From assembly GCA_965205865.1 (NCBI GenBank), contig CBDBHR010000030.1:320001-384000 (forward strand): DNA of 64,000 nt, in the 5' to 3' direction. The first letter of the stretch is position 1. Every line of letters begins with the position of its first letter. Both the position numbers and the translations under genes were made by a program. This DNA comes from a bacterium. Lineage in GTDB: Bacteria; SAR324; NAC60-12. Shown piece after piece: positions 54,263 through 64,000 of the stretch. Under the pieces are notes generated by a model that was not told where the DNA came from, searched no databases, and saw nothing but the letters and a program-made list of their open reading frames with translations.

Positions 54263-57200
54263 TTGACAAATCCATTCTACGAACAGCCTGTCCTCAACTC
54301 ACCCTACGAGCGCCCGAGCCGGCATTGGGAACTGGACGATACGGGACAGCCGACCCAGAAGATCAAAGACAGCCGGAGGCGGGCCGAATTCATCACGCCG
54401 ATCCCGAAACCGAAGAAGCAAAAAGGAGCGTCCGTGGAACAACAGGCCCTGGTGCTCGACGAAAGGAAAGGGCTGTCCACCGCCGCGCAGCAATACGATC
54501 AAACGGCGATTATCAGCGGGGTTCGCCGGCAGGTTGACGGGTGGCGGGACAAACCGAATCCGAGCCACTGGCAGGTGACTGCTGAGACTGCCCGTCTGCT
54601 CCAGCACTGGCGGCACCACCGCTTCAGCGGCATACGCCCCTTCTTCTGCCAGATCGAAGCGGTAGAGACCGTCATCTGGCTCACCGAGGTTGCGCCGCGC
54701 GTGGGCCGGGTCGGCAGGGACTTCCTCGACTACCTGGCGAATGTCAACAACGATGCCAATCCACACCTGTCCCGACTAGCGCTTAAGCTGGCGACGGGTG
54801 CCGGAAAGACCACGGTTATGGCCATGTTGATCGCCTGGCAGACCATCAATGCGGTCCGACGTCCTCGCAGTCACAGATTCACGCGTGGTTTCCTCGTAGT
54901 CACACCTGGAATCACCATCAAGGACCGCCTGCGCGTGTTGCAGCCCAATGATCCGGACAGCTATTACCAAAGCCGTGAGTTGGTACCCGGCGACATGCTT
55001 GCCGATCTCGATAAAGCAAAGATCGTCATCACCAATTACCACGCCTTCAAACCGCGTGAGCGCTTGGAACTATCCAAAGGCGGCCGTTCACTTCTCCTGG
55101 GCCGAGGCGAGACTCTGAACACCCTGGAAACCAAGGGACAAATGCTGCAACGGGTCATGCCCGAACTCATGGGAGTCGGCAACATCCTAATCCTTAACGA
55201 TGAAGCGCACCACTGCTATCGCGAAAAACCGGGCGAGGAGCAGGAAGGGTTGCTTACCAGAGATGACAGGAAGGAAGCCCAAAAGAACAAGGAAGCCGCC
55301 CGCCTTTGGATTTCGGGGCTCGAAACAGTCGGCAGCAAGTTGGGTATAAACCGGGTGATGGATCTCTCTGCGACACCTTTCTTCCTGCGTGGCTCGGGCT
55401 ATGCAGAGGGAACGTTGTTTCCCTGGACGATGAACGACTTCTCGCTGATGGATGCCATCGAATGCGGCATCGTCAAACTTCCCCGAGTACCGGTGGCCGA
55501 CAACATCCCGGTGGAGAAATGCCCAGGTTTCGCAATCTCTGGGAACACATACGCGTCGCCATGCCGAAGAAGGGACGGAACCAAGCCGGGCACCTCGATC
55601 CCTTGAGCCTGCCCGTGGAACTCCAGACTGCCTTGGAGGCTCTGTACGGGCATTACCGCAAGACCTTCGAGCTCATGCGGGAAGCGGGCATTGACGTCCC
55701 ACCATGCTTTATTGTGGTCTGCAACAACACCTCCACCTCCAAGCTGGTCTATGACTATATCGCCGGTTTCCACCGTGAGAACGATGATGGTTCCACAGTC
55801 TTCGAAAATGGACGCCTCGAACTGTTTCGTAACTTTGACGAATACGGTAAGCAATATCCGCGGCCTCGCACGTTGCTGATCGACAGCGAACAACTGGAAT
55901 CCGGGGACGCGCTGGACAGGAACTTTCGTGCCATGGCCGCCGGTGAGATCGCACGCTTTCGAAGAGAAATCATCGAGCGCACCGGTGATCGTCACCAGGC
56001 CGAGCGCATCAGCGACCAGGAGTTGCTCCGTGAGGTGATGAACACCGTAGGAAAACCGGGTCGCTTGGGAGATTCGATTCGCTGCGTCGTGTCGGTTTCG
56101 ATGCTTACTGAAGGATGGGATGCCAACACCGTCAGCCACGTGCTGGGCGTGCGCGCTTTCGGCACGCAATTGCTCTGCGAGCAAGTCATCGGCCGCGCTC
56201 TGCGTCGCCAATCCTACGATCTCAACGAAGACGGCCTGTTCGACGTCGAGTACGCGGACGTCTTGGGGATACCCTTCGACTTTACGGCGAAGCCTGTCGT
56301 GGTTACACCAAAGCCACCACGAAAGACGGTGCAGGTGAGAGCCGTACGCCCCGAAAGAGACGCGCTCGAGATCCGTTTCCCTCGGGTGGCCGGCTACCGG
56401 GTGGAATTGCCGGAAGAACGACTCAGCGCCGATTTCAACGAGGACTCTGTGTTGGTACTGACACCGGAACAGGTTGGTCCTTCCATTACCACGAACCAAG
56501 GGATTATTGGTGAAGGTGTCGACCTCGATCTGCTTCACACCAACGACCTGCGACGCACGACCCTGCTCTTTTTTCTGACCAAGCGGCTGCTCTACACGAA
56601 ATGGCGCGACCCGCATGAAAAACCCAAGCTTCATCTCTTCGGACAACTCAAGAGCATCACCAGACAGTGGCTCGATGACTGTCTCGTCTGCAAGGGCGAC
56701 ACCTACCCTGCCCAACTCATGTACCAGGAACTGGCCGACGTGGCCTGCGAGCGTATTACGGCAGCCATCACGCGAGCGGAAATCGACAGGCGTCCCGTCA
56801 AGGCTGTCCTTGATCCATTCAACCCTTTCGGTTCCACGATCCATGTCAACTTCAACACGACAAAGATCAGCCGTTACGAGACCGATTCCCGCTGCTGCCA
56901 CGTCAACTGGGTCGTCCTCGACAGCGATTGGGAAGCGGAATTTTGCCGCGTCAGCGAATCCCATCCTCGTGTCAAAGCCTACGTCAAGAACCACAATCTC
57001 GGTTTCGAGGTCCCTTACCGTCACGCCTCCGTAACGCGGACGTACCTACCGGATTTTATCGTCCTCGTCGACGATGGCCATGGAGAGGACGATCTCCTGC
57101 ATCTCATCGTCGAAATCAAGGGCTATCGAAGGGAGGACGCCAAAGAGAAGAAAACCACTATGGACGTCTATTGGGTGCCCGGCGTGAACAATCACCGCCG

Positions 57201-57300
57201 CTACGGCCGCTGGGCCTTTGCCGAGTTCACGGACGTCTATGAGATCCAACGGGAATTCAACGAGTTGCTCGCGGCGCGAATAAGGCAAGGGCAGTTATGA
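54263..57300 (+). CDS. Type III restriction enzyme Res-like subunit (SF2 helicase + PD-(D/E)XK nuclease), 1-nt frameshift at ~55507-55510
   Basis: LATGAGKT and DEAHH in ORF1; MLTEGWD, EQVIGRALRR and YLPDFIV...VEIKG in ORF2. One extra C in ATCCCGGT joins VADNI-P-GGEMPRF. Confidence 0.88.
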
Positions 57301-57327
57301 TGGATACATCCGATCAAAGGTTGTAGA

Positions 57328-57705
57328 ATGAACAAGCAAAGACAGACACAGGAAGCGCAGATTTACCGGAACCGTATTGAAGTCTTACGCAACTATGCTG
57401 CGCTTGATAGTTTCTCGGTGAACGAGGAATCCGAGAAGGACTTCTGGTTATTTGTTGGCTCAATATCCTTCCCGAAAAAAGCAGGATTGGCACTTATGGA
57501 CAATGGCAACCTGCGCGCCATCTGGAATGGGGAGGGTGGCAGCCAACTTGGACTTCAATTTCTCGGCCACCAATTGGTACAGTATGTTATTTTCAAACGA
57601 TGCCAGGTTACCGGAGATGTTTCTCGGGTGGCAGGTCGCGAGACGCTGGAGAGGATCAAGAGTCGGATTCACGCTTTCGATCTCACAGCGCTGATGGAGA
57701 TATGA
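57328..57705 (+). CDS. Hypothetical protein (125 aa)
   Basis: Co-oriented ORF inside the R-M locus; no motif recognised. Confidence 0.7.
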   Translation: MNKQRQTQEAQIYRNRIEVLRNYAALDSFSVNEESEKDFWLFVGSISFPKKAGLALMDNGNLRAIWNGEGGSQLGLQFLGHQLVQYVIFKRCQVTGDVSRVAGRETLERIKSRIHAFDLTALMEI

Positions 57706-57712
57706 CAAAGGT

Positions 57713-58909
57713 ATGCCCATGCATGAATTTCAGACGGATTTGACCTTTCTGGTTGAGAATCTGGGCAGCATCAACAAGGGAGAGTTCGTACAACGACCGC
57801 TCACTGTTTTTTGCGGACCCAACAACGCAGGTAAAACCTGGACCCTGTATTCATTATACTATTCATATAGTTGTCTACTGAACATCTTAAAAGATAAAGA
57901 GGAGAGTAATAATCATTGGAATCTGGATGAATTCAACAAGAGCGTGTCATCCAGGCTCGCGAATTTTGTATTCAATACCTCCTCCAAACAGCTGAAAACC
58001 GCAAAATTCCATCTTAAAACCAGTATGGACTGGCAAAGTATTATTAAGTACACGCCTAAAACCGATATTTTCCTGATGCCCGCGGAGCGCAACGGTCTTC
58101 ACTTATTTTTTCGTGAGCTCAGTACGCGACGCACGGCTTTATTGCACCATGCTTCCCGGGAAAAGATCAATATCTCAGAGTTACTGCGTGATGTTATTCT
58201 CTCACGCTATGCTCTTCCGATCGCTGATTACATCGATTGGTTAAACAGCCTGGTGGAAACTCAACGCTCAGGGACAGGTGATTTTCACGACTTCGCTGAA
58301 CGGTTGAAAAAAGATCTGGCAGGCGGAGCCTACAAGGTCGATGCTCGCACAGGCGGCATTGAATTCAAACCCTACCAACTCAAGCGCGATGGCGTAAGAA
58401 CCCCTTCAATGGGTTTACACATGACTTCCGGTGCGGTAAAAAGTCTTTTCGGACTGTGGTTTTACCTGGAACATCAGGCATGCGAAGGAGACGTCCTGAT
58501 GATCGATGAGCCGGAATTGAATATTCATCCCGATAACCAGCGTAAAATTTCCCGCTTGCTGGCAAAACTTGTGAATGCCGGATTGAACGTTGTCATCAGT
58601 ACCCACAGTGATTATATGGTGCGTGAATTCAACTCGTTAATCATGTTAAGCCGGGACAATGATAAGACATTACGGAAAAAACACGGGTACGACGATGATG
58701 AGATTCTGAAACCCGAACAGGTCGGCGCTTTTCTCTTCGAACAGCAAACTATTAATTCCTTTAAACTCACGGCGGAAGACGGCATCTATGCAACGACCTT
58801 TGACGAAGTCATTAAGGCTGTAAATGAAGTGAATGATGACATTTACTACAGCCTTCAAGAGAAAAAAGATGAGCAAAAAGCAAAATGTCACATCGGTGAA
58901 TCTCAGTGA
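57713..58909 (+). CDS. ABC/AAA_15-21-type ATPase
   Basis: Walker A GPNNAGKT, MPAER, signature-like TSGAVK, Walker B IDEPE.NIHP and STHS. Confidence 0.88.
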   Translation: MPMHEFQTDLTFLVENLGSINKGEFVQRPLTVFCGPNNAGKTWTLYSLYYSYSCLLNILKDKEESNNHWNLDEFNKSVSSRLANFVFNTSSKQLKTAKFHLKTSMDWQSIIKYTPKTDIFLMPAERNGLHLFFRELSTRRTALLHHASREKINISELLRDVILSRYALPIADYIDWLNSLVETQRSGTGDFHDFAERLKKDLAGGAYKVDARTGGIEFKPYQLKRDGVRTPSMGLHMTSGAVKSLFGLWFYLEHQACEGDVLMIDEPELNIHPDNQRKISRLLAKLVNAGLNVVISTHSDYMVREFNSLIMLSRDNDKTLRKKHGYDDDEILKPEQVGAFLFEQQTINSFKLTAEDGIYATTFDEVIKAVNEVNDDIYYSLQEKKDEQKAKCHIGESQ

Positions 58910-58976
58910 TCTTATCCGGGCTATATCCTGAAAATTTTACTGACCGGCAACAAGAATCATCGCATAACAGAGAACA

Positions 58977-61877
58977 ATGGCCAGAAAGTCCAAACCGAAG
59001 AAACAAGTGGGAAGCTTCACTCACGGTGAGGCTTCGCGGAAGAACATCCCCACTGCCGAGTACCAGGCCGTGATGGAGAGGGACGAACGCAGTCCGGTGC
59101 GGGTCGCCTATCAACGCCGCAACCGCGACCTCGATCCCCAACTCGTCTGGCGGGGCAAGGACGAACAAGACGCGTCGGACCTTCTCGTGCAGGCGCCACC
59201 GCTCTTTATTCAGGAAAAAGTCCACCCCAAAGTGCTGGTCGACGACCTGGTACGCCACAGCAAGGAAACGGGAACATCTTCTCAACTCGACCTCTTTGCC
59301 GATTTCAATGGGCTGCCGGATGAAGACGCCCGCACCGAGTTCTACCAGCACGACGCCAACTGGTCCAATCGCATGATCCTCGGAGACAGTTTGCAGGTGA
59401 TGGCCTCCCTCGCCGAGCGCGAAGGACTGCGGGGCAAGGTGCAGTGCATCTACATAGACCCACCCTACGGCATCAAGTTCAACTCCAACTTCCAGTGGTC
59501 CACCACCAGCCGGGACGTCAAGGACGGCAACGCCACCCATATCACCCGTGAACCGGAACAGGTCAAGGCCTTCCGCGACACCTGGCGCGACGGCATTCAC
59601 TCCTACCTGACGTACCTGCGGGATCGCCTGACCGTGGCGCGAGATCTGCTCACGGAAAGTGGTTCGATCTTTGTACAGATCGGAGATGAAAACGTGCACC
59701 GGGTACGAGTTCTGATGGATGAGGTGTTTGGGGAGGAAAATTTCATCTCGGAAATCGTGTATGTGAAAACGAGCAATCAAACTTCGAAATTCATCGGGAA
59801 TGCTGCCGACATTTTGCTGTTATACGCAAAGAGCAAAGAGCATCTAAAATATCGGCAGTTGTATTCGCACAAATCATTTTTTGGAGACAAAGCGTATCGA
59901 AAAGTAGAACTGGAAAATGGCATGAGAAGGAATCTGACAAAGGACGAGTCATCACTTACCGCGCCGTTGCCAAAAAGTGCAAGAGTATATCGATTGAGCG
60001 GAACGAGTTCGGCCACAGGGTCAGAAACATCGCGAAAAGGTTTTGAGTTTGAAGGAAAAATATATCGTCCCGAAAGGTCACGCGGCTGGTCAACTAGCAT
60101 GAATGGATTGGGGAAATTGGTGTTAGCGAATCGCCTGACGTCTTTAAGAGACACACTTGGATATATTAGATATCTAGATGATTTTCCCGTTGCACCGGCT
60201 AACAATGTTTGGACGGAGTTTGGTAGTTCAGTTGGTGATAAAAATTATGTTGTTCAGACCCATCCGATGGCCATTGCCCAATGCATCTTGATGACCACCG
60301 ATCCTGGCGATCTTGTGTTGGACCCAACCTGTGGTTCCGGCACCACCGCGTACGTTGCCGAGCGATGGGGGCGTCGTTGGGTCACCATCGACACGTCCCG
60401 CGTGGCATTGGCGCTGGCCCGTGCTCGTATCATGGGTGCCCGCTATCCTTACTATCTTCTCTCCGACAGCCCGGAGGGACAAATCAAGGAAGCAGAACTC
60501 GCGGGTGATGTGGACTATGGCGCAATAGAAAACTTCAAGAGAGCACAGTCTGACGAGATGATATCCCGCGAAAAAGAGGAAGTCTTGTTGAACGATGGCC
60601 TGCCCGTGGAACCCCCGACTTACCGGAACATCCGCCAGGGTTTCGTCTACGAACGCGTCCCCCACATCACCCTCAAGTCCATTGCCAACAACGCCGAGAT
60701 CGACGTAATCTGGGAGAGGTTTCAGGAGACATTGGAACCGCTGCGCAATCAATTGAACCACACACTTGGCATGGAGTGGGAGGAGTGGGAAATCTCCCGC
60801 GAGAGCAAGGGTGAATGGCCGTCAGTGGCGAAGACCTTGCACGCCGATTGGTGGAAACAACGTATCGCCCGGCAGAAAATGATCGACGCCTCCATCGCCG
60901 CCAATGCCGACTACGAATACCTCTACGACAAGCCCTACGAGGTCAAGAGGACGGTACGGGTAGCCGGACCATTTACGGTGGAAAGTCTGTCCCCGCACCG
61001 CGTCTTGTACGTCGGTGAGGATGACGAACTGATTGACCCTACTGCGCAAGACAGGGTTGGCGATGGGAAGCAGCAGGATTTCGCGCAAGTGATTCTGGAG
61101 CACCTCAAGACATCCGGAGTCCAGCAATCACATAAAGAGGACCGCATCTCCTTCTCCGGGATCAGACCCTGGCCCGGCGATCTCGTCTGCGCGGAAGGAA
61201 CTTATATCGAAGGGGTGGCCGACTCCGAATCGTCTTTAGACGACGTGAAGGCAGGCGTCGAGAAGCGCGCTGCCATCTTCATCGGCCCCGAATTTGGCAC
61301 CGTCTCTCGTCCCGATCTCGCGAAAGCCGCCCGCGAATCCGCAGAGGCGGGTTTCGACGTGCTGGTTGCCTGCGCTTTCAATTACGAAGCCCACGCTTCC
61401 GAGTTCAACAGACTGGGGCGCATTCCCATCCTCAAAGCCCGCATGAACGCTGATCTCCACATGGCGGACGATCTCAAGAACACGGGAAAAGGCAACCTCT
61501 TCGTCATCTTCGGTGAACCCGACATCGATCTCCTCGACGCGGGTGACGGTCAACTCCGGGTCAAGGTCAATGGGGTGGACGTCTTCCATCCCAACACCGG
61601 CGAGATTCGCAGTGACGGCGCAGATGGTATCGCCTGTTGGTTCATCGACACCGACTACAACGAGGAGAGCTTCTTCGTGCGGCACGCCTACTTCCTTGGC
61701 GCCAACGATCCATACAAGGCCCTCAAGACGACGCTCAAAGCCGATATCAACCGGGAAGCCTGGGAAACGCTCCACAGCGACACTTCCCGCCCCTTTCCCA
61801 AACCCCAATCCGGCCGTATCGCCGTCAAAGTCATCAACCACCTCGGCGACGAGGTCATGAAAGTCTTCCGAGTGTAA
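58977..61877 (+). CDS. Type III Mod-like N6-adenine DNA methyltransferase
   Basis: ILGDSL, YIDPPY, VLDPTCGSGTT (beta order) and C-terminal RIAVKVIN.LGDE. Confidence 0.92.
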   Translation: MARKSKPKKQVGSFTHGEASRKNIPTAEYQAVMERDERSPVRVAYQRRNRDLDPQLVWRGKDEQDASDLLVQAPPLFIQEKVHPKVLVDDLVRHSKETGTSSQLDLFADFNGLPDEDARTEFYQHDANWSNRMILGDSLQVMASLAEREGLRGKVQCIYIDPPYGIKFNSNFQWSTTSRDVKDGNATHITREPEQVKAFRDTWRDGIHSYLTYLRDRLTVARDLLTESGSIFVQIGDENVHRVRVLMDEVFGEENFISEIVYVKTSNQTSKFIGNAADILLLYAKSKEHLKYRQLYSHKSFFGDKAYRKVELENGMRRNLTKDESSLTAPLPKSARVYRLSGTSSATGSETSRKGFEFEGKIYRPERSRGWSTSMNGLGKLVLANRLTSLRDTLGYIRYLDDFPVAPANNVWTEFGSSVGDKNYVVQTHPMAIAQCILMTTDPGDLVLDPTCGSGTTAYVAERWGRRWVTIDTSRVALALARARIMGARYPYYLLSDSPEGQIKEAELAGDVDYGAIENFKRAQSDEMISREKEEVLLNDGLPVEPPTYRNIRQGFVYERVPHITLKSIANNAEIDVIWERFQETLEPLRNQLNHTLGMEWEEWEISRESKGEWPSVAKTLHADWWKQRIARQKMIDASIAANADYEYLYDKPYEVKRTVRVAGPFTVESLSPHRVLYVGEDDELIDPTAQDRVGDGKQQDFAQVILEHLKTSGVQQSHKEDRISFSGIRPWPGDLVCAEGTYIEGVADSESSLDDVKAGVEKRAAIFIGPEFGTVSRPDLAKAARESAEAGFDVLVACAFNYEAHASEFNRLGRIPILKARMNADLHMADDLKNTGKGNLFVIFGEPDIDLLDAGDGQLRVKVNGVDVFHPNTGEIRSDGADGIACWFIDTDYNEESFFVRHAYFLGANDPYKALKTTLKADINREAWETLHSDTSRPFPKPQSGRIAVKVINHLGDEVMKVFRV

Positions 61878-61891
61878 GGTATTACGCAATC

Positions 61892-64000
61892 ATGTCTGTT
61901 CCCGATCAAAGCCATATAAACCGAGTTCGCGACGCGCTCTGGCAACGTACAGGGGATGCGTCCGTCATGGTTGGGAGTGGCTTCAGCAGAAGTGCTCTGG
62001 AAGTACGACCGGATACAGGCAAGCCTTTGACGTGGCGCGCACTGGCAAGACAAATGTCCCACAAACTGTATCCACAATCCGGTGACAGAAGTCGGAGCAA
62101 CGCGAGTACGGAAATGTCGGCAACTGATGATCTTCTGAGGCTGGCTCAAGAGTATGAGACCGCATTCGGAAAGAGCGATTTGCACCGTTTCCTGGGGAAA
62201 TTGATTCGGAACGACGATTTCAAGCCTGGAGAGTGGCATAAACGGCTGATGCAGCTTCCCTGGCGCGACGTGTTCACTACGAATTGGGACACTCTTTTGG
62301 AGCGAACGCAACCTCTCGTCGCGGACCGTGCTTACAGCGTCGTCCGCAATATGGATGAAATCCCACTGGCAAAGGGACCACGTATCGTCAAATTGCACGG
62401 GTCGTTTCCCACGCATTTCCCGCTTATCTTCACGGAAGAAGACTACCGTACCTACCCGAAGAAATTCGCCCCATTCGTAAACACGGTGCAGCAGTTGATG
62501 ATGGAAACCGTTTTCTGTCTGATCGGATTCTCGGGTGATGATCCGAATTTCCTGCAATGGTCGGGATGGGTACGCGATAACTTGGGTGAGGCCGCACCGA
62601 AGATATACTTGGCCGGATGGTTGGACTTGTCCCATCACCGGCGCCGCATGCTTGAAGATCGCAACGTCGTCCCCATAGACCTTGCTCGTCATCCCAAAGC
62701 GGGCAAGTGGCCGGAGCAATTGCATCACCACTATGCAATGGAATGGATTCTGCGCACGCTGGAACAAGGACGCCCATACGATGTCACGGAATGGCCTGCG
62801 TCGACAAGACAGCAATATGCGCCAATACCCGATTACCTTCACCCTGTGGAGACGGTAGAATCCACAGTACCCAAAGATGAACCGCAAAAGCTACCTGAGA
62901 TTGAGTCCGGAGACCTGCCGGATCGTGTGAGTGATACGCTCGAGGCATGGGCTCACAACAGGGAAATCTATCCGGGTTGGCTGGTGGTTCCTGCTAACAA
63001 GCGACAGGTATTGAGTAGGAATACCCAAGATTGGGAATCACTCATCCTACGAGTTCTCCCAGACTTTGCTCCGGTGGAACGGCTGCAGGCCATTTGGGAA
63101 TTGGTATGGCGTCATGAAATTCTGCTCGAACGAATCTCTTCTGAACTCGAGTCAGCGGCGGTGACGACACTTGATCTGATAGATTGCGAAGCTCGCACAG
63201 TTGACGGTCTAGTGGATCCCAAGATTGGATGGTCAAGCGTTAGAGAGGCTTGGCGAAGCATTGCGATGGTACTCGTGACGGTGGCCCGCCACCGTTTTGA
63301 TCGTGGCCTGTTCGATCAGCGGATCAAATTGTTATCACCTTTTCTTGATGATGATCCGTACGTTGCCCTCCGGGTTTATCACGAGCGGTGTCTCTGGGCG
63401 GTTTATTCAATGGACCTCAAAGCGCTGGAAGGTTTACTCGAGGACTGGAGGACCGAAAACTGCGACCCGGCCTGGATGATTAGAAAGGCAGCCATCCTCG
63501 TCGAAATGGGTTGGGATGACAAATCGACAGAGTTAATTGACCACGCGCTTGATACGATCCGTCAGATCCCTGCTGATGAGCGTAGCGTAGCTGGCCCATC
63601 ACGAGAAGGGTGGGCATTGTATTCGAAACAACGAATTGGAAACTGGGATATGCTTTCCAGGAGATGGGCTGAACTGGCACCTCTGAAGTGTGATGCCTCA
63701 ATGGAAATGCACCATGTCTCGAATGCTATAAGAAACATAAGAGATAACAGAGAAACGAGCACTACACAAACTTTTGATCTTGGAACACAGAGCACTAGCT
63801 GGAATATTATCAGTGCCGATTCCCAGGCTGCTGTTTACAGCGCCATTCGATTATGCGAAGTAGCCGGATTGCCCCCCTTTATCAATCAAATTATCATTGC
63901 GTCAGATATCTTGCAGTCTGCCGCGGAAAAACTGTCTGTGTCGGATACGGAGATGGCCATCCGCCTGGTACTCCGACTCTCGAAAACGGGAAATATGCTC
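61892..64000 (+). CDS. Sir2-like (SIR2_2) domain defence protein, Dsr-like; runs off right edge
   Basis: My translation has MVGSGFS, FTTNWDTLLE, IVKLHGS and LIGFSGDDPNFLQW.GWVRDNLG. It is absent from the ORF track, consistent with no stop before 64000. Confidence 0.85.
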   Translation, partial: MSVPDQSHINRVRDALWQRTGDASVMVGSGFSRSALEVRPDTGKPLTWRALARQMSHKLYPQSGDRSRSNASTEMSATDDLLRLAQEYETAFGKSDLHRFLGKLIRNDDFKPGEWHKRLMQLPWRDVFTTNWDTLLERTQPLVADRAYSVVRNMDEIPLAKGPRIVKLHGSFPTHFPLIFTEEDYRTYPKKFAPFVNTVQQLMMETVFCLIGFSGDDPNFLQWSGWVRDNLGEAAPKIYLAGWLDLSHHRRRMLEDRNVVPIDLARHPKAGKWPEQLHHHYAMEWILRTLEQGRPYDVTEWPASTRQQYAPIPDYLHPVETVESTVPKDEPQKLPEIESGDLPDRVSDTLEAWAHNREIYPGWLVVPANKRQVLSRNTQDWESLILRVLPDFAPVERLQAIWELVWRHEILLERISSELESAAVTTLDLIDCEARTVDGLVDPKIGWSSVREAWRSIAMVLVTVARHRFDRGLFDQRIKLLSPFLDDDPYVALRVYHERCLWAVYSMDLKALEGLLEDWRTENCDPAWMIRKAAILVEMGWDDKSTELIDHALDTIRQIPADERSVAGPSREGWALYSKQRIGNWDMLSRRWAELAPLKCDASMEMHHVSNAIRNIRDNRETSTTQTFDLGTQSTSWNIISADSQAAVYSAIRLCEVAGLPPFINQIIIASDILQSAAEKLSVSDTEMAIRLVLRLSKTGNML

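Noticed and set aside
55399-62887. Long minus-strand ORFs (541, 322, 217, 399 aa)
   Set aside because: Antisense shadows of the GC-rich res, mod and Sir2 genes.

Overview
Bacterial chromosomal window with three kinds of sequence. (1) Intact housekeeping and nutrient-uptake blocks: tRNA-Asn, mnmE, class II (B12) ribonucleotide reductase, gatB, ccmCDE, pckA, a pstSCAB-phoU-phoB operon, and a divergent urtABCDE-ureABCEFG urea uptake/urease operon. (2) Two heavily rearranged accessory regions, 1-7.2 kb and 15.5-31.9 kb, built around a family-5 (Opp/Dpp-type) ABC transporter. The second region is headed by a blaI-like repressor and a BlaR1/M56 metalloprotease fused in frame to an ABC substrate-binding domain (one 1-nt frameshift), behind a triplicated operator array. 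It continues with an intact oppB and an ~11 kb array in which non-identical oppB/oppC fragments alternate with toxin-antitoxin modules, an ORF6N gene and three length-variable coiled-coil paralogs. A recurrent ~200-bp hairpin-plus-promoter element sits in front of several of these cargo genes. (3) A higher-GC defence island from ~54.2 kb: type III-like Res, a small ORF, an ABC/AAA ATPase, Mod methyltransferase and a Sir2-domain (Dsr-like) ORF that runs off the right edge. Also seen: an IS5-family element, two copies of a 194-bp MITE with distinct target duplications, REP-like palindromes and a perfect (GATTTTG)16 repeat. All product calls come from recognised motifs; no searches were run. Several 1-nt frameshifts and the fragment mosaic could partly be assembly artefacts.
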